Made by a program: the position numbers and the translations under genes
Shown: positions 34,783 through 43,536 of the stretch, piece by piece
Position numbering within the stretch: position 1 is the stretch's first letter
Layout: each line of letters begins with the position of its first letter
Notes under the pieces: model-generated
The model's database searches: none
Told to the model about the DNA's origin: nothing
The model's input: the letters and a program-made list of their open reading frames with translations, nothing else
Assembly (NCBI GenBank): GCA_965248835.1
Contig: CBDFLJ010000001.1
Coordinates: 1,600,001-1,664,000, forward strand
DNA: 64,000 nt
Source: Alphaproteobacteria bacterium
GTDB lineage: Bacteria; Pseudomonadota; Alphaproteobacteria; MPNO01
Direction of reading: 5' to 3'

Positions 34783-36570
34783 ATGGCTGATGTCGCACCT
34801 GCCCATCCTGCTTATGTTCCGCCGGCCGAAACAGAGGACGTCGAGCTCTACCACCCCAAGAGCTGGGTCACGCGGTGGGTCTTCTGCCAGGACGCAAAGG
34901 TCATCGCGATCCAGTACTCGGTGACCGCGATCTCGATCGGACTGGTCGCGCTCGTGCTGTCCTGGATGATGAGACTGCAGCTCGGGTTCCCGGAGTCGAT
35001 GACCTTCTTCGAGGCCTCGGACTACTACCAGTTCATCACCATGCACGGCATGATCATGGTGATCTACCTGCTGACCGCGCTGTTCCTTGGAGGGTTCGGC
35101 AACTACCTGATTCCGCTGATGGTCGGCGCACGGGACATGGTCTTTCCCTACGTCAACATGATCAGCTATTGGGTCTATCTGCTGGCCGTCCTGGTCCTGG
35201 TCGCGAGCTTCTTCGTGCCCGGCGGGCCGACCGGCGCCGGCTGGACGCTGTATCCGCCGCAAGCCATCCTCGAAGGCACGCCGGGGGCCGAGGCCGGCAT
35301 CATCCTGATGACCGTCTCGCTTGCCCTGTTCATCGCCGGTTTCACCATGGGCGGGCTGAACTACGTGGTCACCGTCCTGCAGGCCCGCACCCGCGGGATG
35401 TCGCTGATGCGCATGCCGCTGACGATCTGGGGCATCTTCACCGCCACCATCCTGGCGCTGCTGGCTTTCCCCGCGCTGTTCGTCGGCGCGGTGATGATGA
35501 CGCTGGACAGCGTGCTCGGGACCAGCTTCTTCATGCCGGTGATCGTCTCCCAGGGCGAACTGCTCAGCTATGACGGCGGCAGCCCGCTGCTGTTCCAGCA
35601 CCTGTTCTGGTTCTTCGGCCATCCGGAGGTCTACATCGTCGCCCTGCCCGGGTTCGGGATCGTCTCGGACCTGCTGAGCACCCACGCCCGCCGGAACATC
35701 TTCGGCTATCGGATGATGGTCTGGGCGATCGTCGCCATCGGCGGGCTGAGCTTCGTGGTGTGGGCGCACCACATGTATGTCAGCGGCATGAACCCCTATT
35801 TCGGGTTCTTCTTCGCCACCACCACGCTGATCATTGCCGTGCCCACCGCGCTCAAGGTCTACAACTGGACCCTGACATTGTGGAAGGGCAACATCCACCT
35901 GACCCTGCCGATGCTGTTCTCGCTCGCGTTCATCGTCACCTTCGTCAACGGCGGGATCACCGGGCTGTTCCTCGGCAACGTGGTCGTCGACGTGCCGCTG
36001 TCGGACACCATGTTCGTGGTCGCTCATTTCCACATGGTGATGGGCGTGGCGCCGATCCTGGTGATCTTCGGGGCGATCTATCACTGGTACCCGCTGATGA
36101 CCGGGCGCATGCTGCACCAAGGGATGGGTCTGTTCCACTTCTGGGTGACATTCCTGGGCGCCTACGCGATTTTCCTGCCGCTGCACTATCTCGGCTTTCT
36201 GGGCGTGCCGCGGCGCTATTTCGAGATGGGCGAAACCACGTTCATCCCGCCATCGGCCGATGACCTGAACGCCTTCGTCAGCGTGATCGCACTGGTCGTG
36301 GGCGTCGCCCAGATCGTGTTCATCTTCAACATCATCTGGAGCATCTACAAAGGAAAGCTGGCGGAACGGAACCCCTGGCGGGCGACCACGCTGGAGTGGC
36401 AGACGCCCGAAATGCCGCCGGGGCACGGCAATTTCGGCGAGTCACTGCCGCTGGTCTATCGCTGGGCGTACGACTACAGCGTGCCGGGTGCGGCGGAGGA
36501 CTTCATCCCGCAAAACGTCCCGCCCGACCGGGTCCAGACGGTGGGGGCCTCGGGGGCCTCGGGGGCCTAG
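34783..36570 (+). CDS. coxN: alternative cytochrome c oxidase subunit I (A1-type)
   Basis: TMHG, WFFGHPEVY, WAHH, AHFH, PRRY. Confidence 0.92.
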   Translation: MADVAPAHPAYVPPAETEDVELYHPKSWVTRWVFCQDAKVIAIQYSVTAISIGLVALVLSWMMRLQLGFPESMTFFEASDYYQFITMHGMIMVIYLLTALFLGGFGNYLIPLMVGARDMVFPYVNMISYWVYLLAVLVLVASFFVPGGPTGAGWTLYPPQAILEGTPGAEAGIILMTVSLALFIAGFTMGGLNYVVTVLQARTRGMSLMRMPLTIWGIFTATILALLAFPALFVGAVMMTLDSVLGTSFFMPVIVSQGELLSYDGGSPLLFQHLFWFFGHPEVYIVALPGFGIVSDLLSTHARRNIFGYRMMVWAIVAIGGLSFVVWAHHMYVSGMNPYFGFFFATTTLIIAVPTALKVYNWTLTLWKGNIHLTLPMLFSLAFIVTFVNGGITGLFLGNVVVDVPLSDTMFVVAHFHMVMGVAPILVIFGAIYHWYPLMTGRMLHQGMGLFHFWVTFLGAYAIFLPLHYLGFLGVPRRYFEMGETTFIPPSADDLNAFVSVIALVVGVAQIVFIFNIIWSIYKGKLAERNPWRATTLEWQTPEMPPGHGNFGESLPLVYRWAYDYSVPGAAEDFIPQNVPPDRVQTVGASGASGA

Positions 36571-36572
36571 CG

Positions 36573-37190
36573 ATGGATATCATCCACGAGCTGACCAGGA
36601 AACCCTGGCTCGCGGAGCCGGGCAATCCTACCGATCGGCACCCCGGCCAGTCCTATTCGCTTTCCGTGGAGAAGCTCGGCCTGCGGGTGTTCCTTGCCGT
36701 GGTCACGGTGCTGTTCTCGCTGGCGGTCATCGTCTACGGCGACCGGATGGCGCTCGACGACTGGCGGCCGACGCCCGAGCCCTGGCTGCTGTGGGTGAAC
36801 TCCGCGCTGCTGGTGCTGGCCAGCGTGACGTTCCAGTGGGCGCTGAACAGCGCGCGGCGCGGCCAGATCGAGGGCCTCCGCAACGGGCTCTATGCCGCCG
36901 GTGTGAGCAGCTTCGCCTTCCTCGTCGGTCAGCTTTGGGTCGGCCAGCAACTGGCCGTCCTCGGCTATTACGCCGACACCAGCCCCTCGCTCGCGTTCTT
37001 CTACCTGCTGACCGGTCTGCACGGGCTGCATCTGCTGGGCGGCCTGGTCGCGTGGGGCCGGACCGCGATCAAGATGTGGCGCGGCATGGAGCCGGCCCGG
37101 CTTTTGCCGAGCATCGAGCTGTGCGCGATCTACTGGCACTACATGCTCGCGCTGTGGGTGGTCCTGTTCAGTTTGCTGGTGCTGACGTAA
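36573..37190 (+). CDS. coxO: cytochrome c oxidase subunit III-like
   Basis: FFYLLTGLHGLH, YWHY. Confidence 0.85.
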   Translation: MDIIHELTRKPWLAEPGNPTDRHPGQSYSLSVEKLGLRVFLAVVTVLFSLAVIVYGDRMALDDWRPTPEPWLLWVNSALLVLASVTFQWALNSARRGQIEGLRNGLYAAGVSSFAFLVGQLWVGQQLAVLGYYADTSPSLAFFYLLTGLHGLHLLGGLVAWGRTAIKMWRGMEPARLLPSIELCAIYWHYMLALWVVLFSLLVLT

Positions 37191-37206
37191 GGGAGACTGG
37201 GAGCCA

Positions 37207-37935
37207 ATGGCAGAGTCTACGCTGAGCGGTACGGCCGGTAGCGTATCGCGGCCCGACGGGTGGGAAGGCATCGTCGCCGACTGGTCCTCCGACCAGAGGA
37301 CGTTCAAGAACGTCCCCTGGGGCAAGGCGATGATGTGGATCTTCCTGCTCAGCGACACGTTCATCTTCAGCTGTTTCCTGCTTTCCTACATGACGGTGCG
37401 GATGTCCACGACCGTGCCGTGGCCCAATCCGAGCGAGGTCTTCGCGCTGAACTTCGGCGGCAGCGAGCCGATCCCGCTGATCCTGATCGCGATCATGACC
37501 TTCATCCTGATCAGCAGCAGCGGGACGATGGCCATGGCGGTCAATTGCGGCTACCGAAAGGACCGCAAGAAGACGGCGATCCTGATGCTGTTGACCGCTC
37601 TGCTTGGCGCGTCATTCGTCGGCATGCAAGCGTTCGAATGGACCAAGCTGATCGTCGAGGAGGGCGTGCGCCCCTGGGGCAACCCGATGGGTGCAGCGCA
37701 GTTCGGCTCGACCTTCTTCATGATCACCGGCTTCCACGGCTTCCACGTCTCGGTCGGGGTGCTGTTCCTGATCATTGTCGCGCGGAAGGTCTGGCGTGGC
37801 GAGTATGACCACGAACGGCCGGGGTTCTTCACCGCCAGGAAGGGAAATTACGAGCATGTCGAGACGATGGGCCTCTACTGGCACTTCGTCGACCTCGTGT
37901 GGGTTTTCATCTTCGCGCTGTTTTATCTCTGGTAG
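37207..37935 (+). CDS. coxP: cytochrome c oxidase subunit III-like
   Basis: MWIFLLSDTF, FFMITGFHGFHV, GLYWHFVDLVW. Confidence 0.88.
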   Translation: MAESTLSGTAGSVSRPDGWEGIVADWSSDQRTFKNVPWGKAMMWIFLLSDTFIFSCFLLSYMTVRMSTTVPWPNPSEVFALNFGGSEPIPLILIAIMTFILISSSGTMAMAVNCGYRKDRKKTAILMLLTALLGASFVGMQAFEWTKLIVEEGVRPWGNPMGAAQFGSTFFMITGFHGFHVSVGVLFLIIVARKVWRGEYDHERPGFFTARKGNYEHVETMGLYWHFVDLVWVFIFALFYLW

Positions 37936-37944
37936 GGACTCGCC

Positions 37945-38268
37945 ATGGCACAGGTAGAAGGCCAACAACATCCGATCGGCGTCTATCTCAAGATCTGGGG
38001 ATTGCTGTTCGTCCTCAGCTTGGGGTCCTATCTCGTCGACTACTACCACCTCGAAGGCGCGCTCAGGTGGACCCTGATCCTGGTGTTCATGATTATGAAG
38101 GCGGGGCTGATCGTGGCTGTGTTCATGCACATGATGTGGGAGCGGCTGGCGCTGTTGTACGCCATCACGGTGCCGCCGCTGCTGGTGCTGGTCTTCGTGC
38201 TGATCATGGCGCTGGAATCCGACTACACGTTCATCACCCGGCTGACGTTCTTCAATTTCGGGACCTGA
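37945..38268 (+). CDS. coxQ: cytochrome c oxidase subunit IV family
   Basis: KAGLIVAVFMHM.WE; 3 TM. Confidence 0.85.
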   Translation: MAQVEGQQHPIGVYLKIWGLLFVLSLGSYLVDYYHLEGALRWTLILVFMIMKAGLIVAVFMHMMWERLALLYAITVPPLLVLVFVLIMALESDYTFITRLTFFNFGT

Positions 38269-38388
38269 CGTTCCGGGACCGGTCCGGGCGGGCTCGCCTC
38301 GCCATACGCCGGACCTGTACCCGGCGGCCGATTCGGTTAGCATCGACCATCGGCGGCCCGTGGATCGGTCGGCTTTGAGGGCGTCTGG

Positions 38389-38625
38389 ATGAAGTTCTCC
38401 GTCATGAGCCCGGCGCGGCGATCGGTCCTGATCGCGGTCCTTTGCGGCATGATGGCCGCTTCCTATCTCCACGACAGGGGCACGGTCGACCTGGGCTTCG
38501 GGTTCCCGCCGGGCGGCTTCATGGAAGGCGCGCTGACGGCGCTGATCGGCGGCGCGGTCGGCTTCGCGGTGCTGCTGGTCTTCCGCCTGCTGCGGCGGCT
38601 TGGGAGCCGCGCCGAAGAGCCGTGA
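38389..38625 (+). CDS. small two-TM hypothetical protein
   Basis: GAGG RBS; two hydrophobic segments and a basic tail. Confidence 0.55.
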   Translation: MKFSVMSPARRSVLIAVLCGMMAASYLHDRGTVDLGFGFPPGGFMEGALTALIGGAVGFAVLLVFRLLRRLGSRAEEP

Positions 38626-38632
38626 CCGGGTC

Positions 38633-40459
38633 TCAGGGCTCGATCACGCGATAGGTGAGCGAAGCCTTCGTCAGGCTCTTGTTGAACCACATCAGGCAGT
38701 ACCTGCGCGCCAGGGGCGCGACGAAGCGGGTGGCGGGCGCGTCGCCTGCGCTTCGCATGACCAGGAAGCGGGTCGTCAACCCGTCATGGTAATGGATGTC
38801 GAACGTGATCGGCCGGTCGGCGCGGAAGTCATAGACGATCTCGCCTTGCGGGCCGAGGTCGACGCAGCGCTCGCGGAACTCGAACGGCGCCAGCGGCACC
38901 GTGCCCTTCGCCGCGGCAAGGACGCTGAGGCTGGGGCTGCCGACGATCGGCTGGGAGAGGATCCAAAGGCTCGCCATCGTGTAGCCCACCATCAGCACCA
39001 GAAACGGGTATTGGCTCCTGAGCGCCGCAGTCTCCGTCGCGAACGCCCGCAGGGCGGCGAAATGGGCGATGCCGACGGCGATGACATGGCCGAGGACGAT
39101 GGTGATCACCGCGGTGAACCAGACGAACCTTGCCCCGATCACGCCGATATCGACCCGGTAGCCCGCGGTGCCGAGCAGGTTCCAGCCGAACCCGAACGGA
39201 TCTGAGGCGAGCGGGATGATGAACTGTCCGGCGATCAGCAGGTAGGACAGGTAGTGCGCCAGATGGTAGGCAATGGCGATCGGCACGAGCGAGAAGACGA
39301 ACAGCCCGGCAATGTCGCCGACCGGCCGCCGATCGCCCGCGGCCCGCCCGGTCAGCCAGGAGAATCCCAGGAAGACCGCGAGGAAGATCAGCGGGAACGA
39401 TAGGAGCATCGCAGTCTCGAGCGCGACGTGAAAGTCGAGTCCCGCGTCATGGACGGTGCGGATGATCGCATGGAAGGCGGGCGACCGGGCGATCCACTGC
39501 AGGAGATCGCCCCAGAGCGGCGTCTCCTTGAACCCGTCGAAGGTCACCGTCGACAGCATCACGATGATGAACGCCGTGACGGAGAACCGGCACGGCTCGG
39601 CCACGATCAGCGCGCTGGCGTATGGCCGCAGGTGCGCCCGGCGGGGACGGAGGTCGGGGAAGCCGCCGCGCTGGCCGCCGATCGGTGCGAACCGCCCGAA
39701 CACTTCGAAGGCGAGCGAGAAGGCTTCGCCGTGGGCAAGCCAGACGGCGCGCCCGAACGCCGCCATGCCGAGCCAGGTGATGCCGGAATAGATCAGCACC
39801 GCCAGCGCGAGCGTTGCCGGCTCCTTCGCGGTCTCCGAGATCAGCTCGAACCAGGCGAACAGCACGAAGAGCACGACCGCCGGCCAGGCGCCCAGCCAGG
39901 AGGGGTAGGCGAGCCCCAGGACCGGGCGTTCTTCGGATTCCGGGCGCCGCGCCAGGCGCTCGACCACCAAAAAAACGGCGGACCACGGATTGATCGCCGG
40001 CCACGGGTTGCCCACCAGGGCCGCGACATAGGCAAGCCCGACCCACCAGATGATCCAGACGAAGGTCGGTGCGAAGTTTCCCGTCGTCTTGGCGGTGCCG
40101 AACAGCCCGGCGGCGACCACCAGTACCAGCAGGCCGACAGAGACCGCCCTCACCACCGCGGTCGCCGCCGGGTTCATGAGGGCGCGCAGCAATCCGATCT
40201 CGGCCAGATCGGTCCATCGCGCGGCGGTGCGTGCGTCCTCGCCACGGAACGCATAGGCCATGATCACGAAGGACAGCGCGACCGCCGCGCCGGCGCCGAT
40301 CAGGTAGAAGTGGAGCGGCAACGGCAGGTCATAGCGCGCGCCGAAGGCGTGCGCGGCAGCCGGCGTCACCGCGAAGCTCAGAATCGATGCGCCGCCGCCC
40401 AGCACAGCCGCCGCTCGGCCGATGCTGAGGCGGAACAACCTAGCGGGGATAGACTTCAA
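38633..40459 (-). CDS. His-rich multi-TM protein (family often labelled 'fenitrothion hydrolase') with extra C-terminal soluble domain
   Basis: AAA|HAFGARYDLPLP, NFAPTFVWIIWWVG, TFDGF, AYHLAHY, GHVIAVGIAH; tail FDIHYH...YCLMWFN. Confidence 0.75.
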   Translation of the reverse strand: MKSIPARLFRLSIGRAAAVLGGGASILSFAVTPAAAHAFGARYDLPLPLHFYLIGAGAAVALSFVIMAYAFRGEDARTAARWTDLAEIGLLRALMNPAATAVVRAVSVGLLVLVVAAGLFGTAKTTGNFAPTFVWIIWWVGLAYVAALVGNPWPAINPWSAVFLVVERLARRPESEERPVLGLAYPSWLGAWPAVVLFVLFAWFELISETAKEPATLALAVLIYSGITWLGMAAFGRAVWLAHGEAFSLAFEVFGRFAPIGGQRGGFPDLRPRRAHLRPYASALIVAEPCRFSVTAFIIVMLSTVTFDGFKETPLWGDLLQWIARSPAFHAIIRTVHDAGLDFHVALETAMLLSFPLIFLAVFLGFSWLTGRAAGDRRPVGDIAGLFVFSLVPIAIAYHLAHYLSYLLIAGQFIIPLASDPFGFGWNLLGTAGYRVDIGVIGARFVWFTAVITIVLGHVIAVGIAHFAALRAFATETAALRSQYPFLVLMVGYTMASLWILSQPIVGSPSLSVLAAAKGTVPLAPFEFRERCVDLGPQGEIVYDFRADRPITFDIHYHDGLTTRFLVMRSAGDAPATRFVAPLARRYCLMWFNKSLTKASLTYRVIEP

Positions 40460-40826
40460 GATAGGTCAGCGCGTGATGTCCGTGGCCGTCCGCGCCCCAG
40501 CCGTGACTGGTGATCGGGAATCGGCCGGTCGCGTAGGCGGTCAAGGACATCGCCGCCGGCTCGCCGGGGCGTAGCTGGAGCAGCTTGTCGTAGCCGTGGA
40601 GGTGAACCTCCACCGCTTCGTCGCTGATCCAGCGCAGCTCGATCATATCCTTTGCGAGGATCCGGATCGCCCCGGCGGGCGCGACCACCTTTCGGTTCTC
40701 GATGCGGATCTCGATCACCTTCTTCGGGCCGCTCTGCGCCGCCGCCGGCCGGATCGCAACAGACGGCATCAGCGCGCTTGCCGCAAGCCCGACGAGCAGA
40801 GTCCTTCGGTGAACGGTCCTCGTCAT
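40440..40826 (-). CDS. Tat-exported cupredoxin-like protein
   Basis: HRRTLL Tat signal, EVHLHGYD, GRFPITSHG..GHGHH. Confidence 0.75.
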   Translation of the reverse strand: MTRTVHRRTLLVGLAASALMPSVAIRPAAAQSGPKKVIEIRIENRKVVAPAGAIRILAKDMIELRWISDEAVEVHLHGYDKLLQLRPGEPAAMSLTAYATGRFPITSHGWGADGHGHHALTYLEVYPR

Positions 40827-40842
40827 CGGCCGGGTGCACCGC

Positions 40843-41025
40843 TCAAAGGCCCCGCGGCCCGTCATTGGCCTCGCCCGTTGCGCGGTGTTTTTTCATTCTC
40901 TTCCGCGCCAAGTAGAAGACGCCGAACAGGATGGCCACGCCGAGGATGATCAGCAGCGTGGCGCCGCCTCCGGAGCTCCCGGTGTCGACGATTCCATGGC
41001 CCGCGAGTGCGCGCGAGACCGGCAT
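40843..41025 (-). CDS. small single-TM protein (60 aa)
   Basis: GGAGGG RBS; MPVSRALAGHG...TLLIILGVAILFGVFYLARKRMKK. Confidence 0.55.
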   Translation of the reverse strand: MPVSRALAGHGIVDTGSSGGGATLLIILGVAILFGVFYLARKRMKKHRATGEANDGPRGL

Positions 41026-41116
41026 CAATCCCTCCGAATTCGGTTCGGCGGATCTTACCGCTTCGGTCCCGGCGTGGCGAGCGCTTCGAGGCGCTCGGCG
41101 CCCCTTCGGGCATGGA

Positions 41117-41135
41117 TTGCACAATATGTTTGCAA
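41117..41135. promoter_or_regulatory. palindromic operator candidate in divergent promoter region
   Basis: TTGCA-CAATATGTT-TGCAA, AT-rich. Confidence 0.45.
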
Positions 41136-41196
41136 ATTGCTGGCTGGGCCAACAGCATGTTCACCGTCAGCGGCCGATCGGAAGGGGAGGCCCGCG

Positions 41197-42711
41197 GTGA
41201 GCGAACCCAAGCGTCGGACCATCCTTCAGAACGCGCACCTTATCGACCCGGCGCAAGGAATCGACCGGGTCGGCGATGTCGTTATCGAGGACGGGCGTAT
41301 CGCGCGCATCGGCGCGCCCGTCGATCCGGCCGGTGCGGACACCGTCGACCTTTCGGGCCTCTACCTGTCGCCCGGCCTGCTCGACCTCCATGTCCACGCT
41401 TACGGGACGCTCGGCTTTGCCGATCCCGACAGCATCGGCATCCGCCAGGGCGTGACGACCTTCGTCGAGGCCGGCGGGCCGGGCATCGGCACGTTCGAGG
41501 AATATCTCGCCCTGATGACCGGGCGCACCGCGACGGACCTCTATGTCGGGCTCTATTTCCGTCCGATGGGGATCATCGGGCTCAACTATATCGAGGGCAA
41601 GGTCCGCAGCCTGATGGACTTCCCGCTGGCCCGGTGGATGGACCTCGCCGAGGCCAACAGGGACGTGCTGCGCTATCTCAAGATCGGCGCCTTCGGCAGC
41701 TACGGCACCGGGCCGCTCAAGATCGGCAAGGGGCTGGCGGAGATCCTGGAGTTGCCGCTCTACGTCCATATCGGCGAGTTCCAGGAACGCCCCGATCAGC
41801 TCTCGACGGTCGAGATCTTCCGCATTGCCGAAGCGGGCGACATGATCACCCACGTCTATCACAACAACCTCGGCGGCATCCTCGATGAAGACGGCAAGGT
41901 GCTGCCCGTGGTGGTCGATGCCGAACGCCGCGGCGTGCTGTTCGATATCGGGTTCGGCGGCTACAACTTTTCCTGGGATGTCGCCGAGAAGGCCTATGCC
42001 CAGGACCTGGTGCCCCATCTGCTGAGCTCCGATCTCCAGCAGTTCAATGTCAACGGCCCGACCTATTCGCTGGCCAACGTGCTCAGCGTGTTCCTGCGGC
42101 TCGGCCTGTCGCTGTCCGAGGTCATCGCGCGCGCAACGATCAACCCGGCCCGCGCGCTCGGGCTCGACGACCGCGCCGGCAGCCTGCGGCCGGGCATGCC
42201 GGCGGATATCACGGTCTTCCGCCTCCAGACCGGCGAATTCGAGCTTGCCGACTGCTATCGCCGCAGCCGCATGGCGGACAAGCGGATCGTGCCGGTGATG
42301 GCGTTCAAGGGCGGCGTCGGCTTCGAGTCCGATCTCGATCTGTGCCGCGACGAGCGCAACTGGTTCATGCAGATCGCCGAGGACCGCCCACCCGAAGCCG
42401 CGCGCGCCCTTTCCGCCGGCCAAGCAGCGTTCCTCGGCGGGCTCGCCGCCGCCCTGGACTCATCGCAGTGGCAATTGACCAAGCCCGAACAGCTCGACCT
42501 CGATACTGCGACCATGCTGCAGGAGACTTTCCACCGCGTGCGCAAGGACCATGATCTGGCCCTCAAGCCGGCGCTCGAAGCGGTGTTCGACAGCTTCCTC
42601 GACCACCCGTTCACGATGCAGATCGGCCTGTTCCTGTTCCGCCTGGAAAAACCGTTTGCGGTCCACAGGCTGCGCGAGGTCGCGGGCCTCGATCGCGAGG
42701 CGGCGCGATGA
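41197..42711 (+). CDS. metal-dependent amidohydrolase (dihydroorotase-like/EF_0837 family) with C-terminal helical extension
   Basis: GTG start with GGGGAGG RBS; DLHVH, YLKI, VHIG, ITH, SSD, GSLRPG..AD; about 120 extra residues. Confidence 0.88.
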   Translation: MSEPKRRTILQNAHLIDPAQGIDRVGDVVIEDGRIARIGAPVDPAGADTVDLSGLYLSPGLLDLHVHAYGTLGFADPDSIGIRQGVTTFVEAGGPGIGTFEEYLALMTGRTATDLYVGLYFRPMGIIGLNYIEGKVRSLMDFPLARWMDLAEANRDVLRYLKIGAFGSYGTGPLKIGKGLAEILELPLYVHIGEFQERPDQLSTVEIFRIAEAGDMITHVYHNNLGGILDEDGKVLPVVVDAERRGVLFDIGFGGYNFSWDVAEKAYAQDLVPHLLSSDLQQFNVNGPTYSLANVLSVFLRLGLSLSEVIARATINPARALGLDDRAGSLRPGMPADITVFRLQTGEFELADCYRRSRMADKRIVPVMAFKGGVGFESDLDLCRDERNWFMQIAEDRPPEAARALSAGQAAFLGGLAAALDSSQWQLTKPEQLDLDTATMLQETFHRVRKDHDLALKPALEAVFDSFLDHPFTMQIGLFLFRLEKPFAVHRLREVAGLDREAAR

Positions 42712-43058
42712 CCGAGGGCGGGTGGCGGGTGCTCGAGCGCATCGATCCCGACGCGGCGGCGTTCCCGGCCTGCGCGCGGGTCGATGGCCAGGACGTGCTG
42801 ATCTTCCGCACCGAGGATGGCTACCGCGCGACCCAGCGGACCTGTCCGCACCAGCACGGCAACCTCGCCGACGGCCGGATCCTCGGCAACGGCGCGATGC
42901 TGCGCTGCGCGCTGCACGGCTATACCTTCAGGCTCGCCGACGGCAAGGGCGTCAACTGCCCGGGTTTCCGCATCCGGGTCCATGACGTGGTGCGCGACGG
43001 CGACCGTTTGCTGATCGGACCCGCCGCCTCGATGGACACCCCCCGGACGCAAACGTAA
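42708..43058 (+). CDS. Rieske [2Fe-2S] ferredoxin
   Basis: CPHQ...CALHG; ATGA overlap with the amidohydrolase stop. Confidence 0.9.
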   Translation: MTEGGWRVLERIDPDAAAFPACARVDGQDVLIFRTEDGYRATQRTCPHQHGNLADGRILGNGAMLRCALHGYTFRLADGKGVNCPGFRIRVHDVVRDGDRLLIGPAASMDTPRTQT

Positions 43059-43067
43059 ACTCGATCG

Positions 43068-43535
43068 ATGACGGATTGGCGGGCGATCACGTTGAGCGTC
43101 AACGGCGCGTCCCGCCAGGCGCTGGTCCGGCCGCGCGATACCCTGCTCGACGCGCTGCGCGACGGGCTGGGGCTGACCGGCGCCAAGCGCGGCTGCGATC
43201 AGGGCGTCTGCGGGGCGTGCACGGTGCTGGCCGACGGGCGGGCGGTCCGCGCGTGCCTGTCGCTGGCGCTCAATTGCATCGGATGCGAGATCCGCACCGC
43301 CGAGGGCCTCGCCCGATCCGGCACGTTGGACCCTGTGCAGCAGGCCTTCATCGATGCCGGGGCGATCCAGTGCGGGTTCTGCATGCCGGGCATGGTGGTC
43401 TCCGCCAAGGCTCTGCTGAACGACAACCCGGCGCCGACGGTCGAGGAGATCCGCGAGGCCATCGCCGGCAATATCTGCCGCTGCTCTGGCTACGTGAAGA
43501 TCGTCGAGGCAATCCAGGCGGTCGAGGGAGCCTAG
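43068..43535 (+). CDS. molybdenum hydroxylase small [2Fe-2S] subunit (CoxS-like)
   Basis: GCDQGVCGAC, QCGFC, CRC. Confidence 0.93.
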   Translation: MTDWRAITLSVNGASRQALVRPRDTLLDALRDGLGLTGAKRGCDQGVCGACTVLADGRAVRACLSLALNCIGCEIRTAEGLARSGTLDPVQQAFIDAGAIQCGFCMPGMVVSAKALLNDNPAPTVEEIREAIAGNICRCSGYVKIVEAIQAVEGA

Positions 43536-43536
43536 C

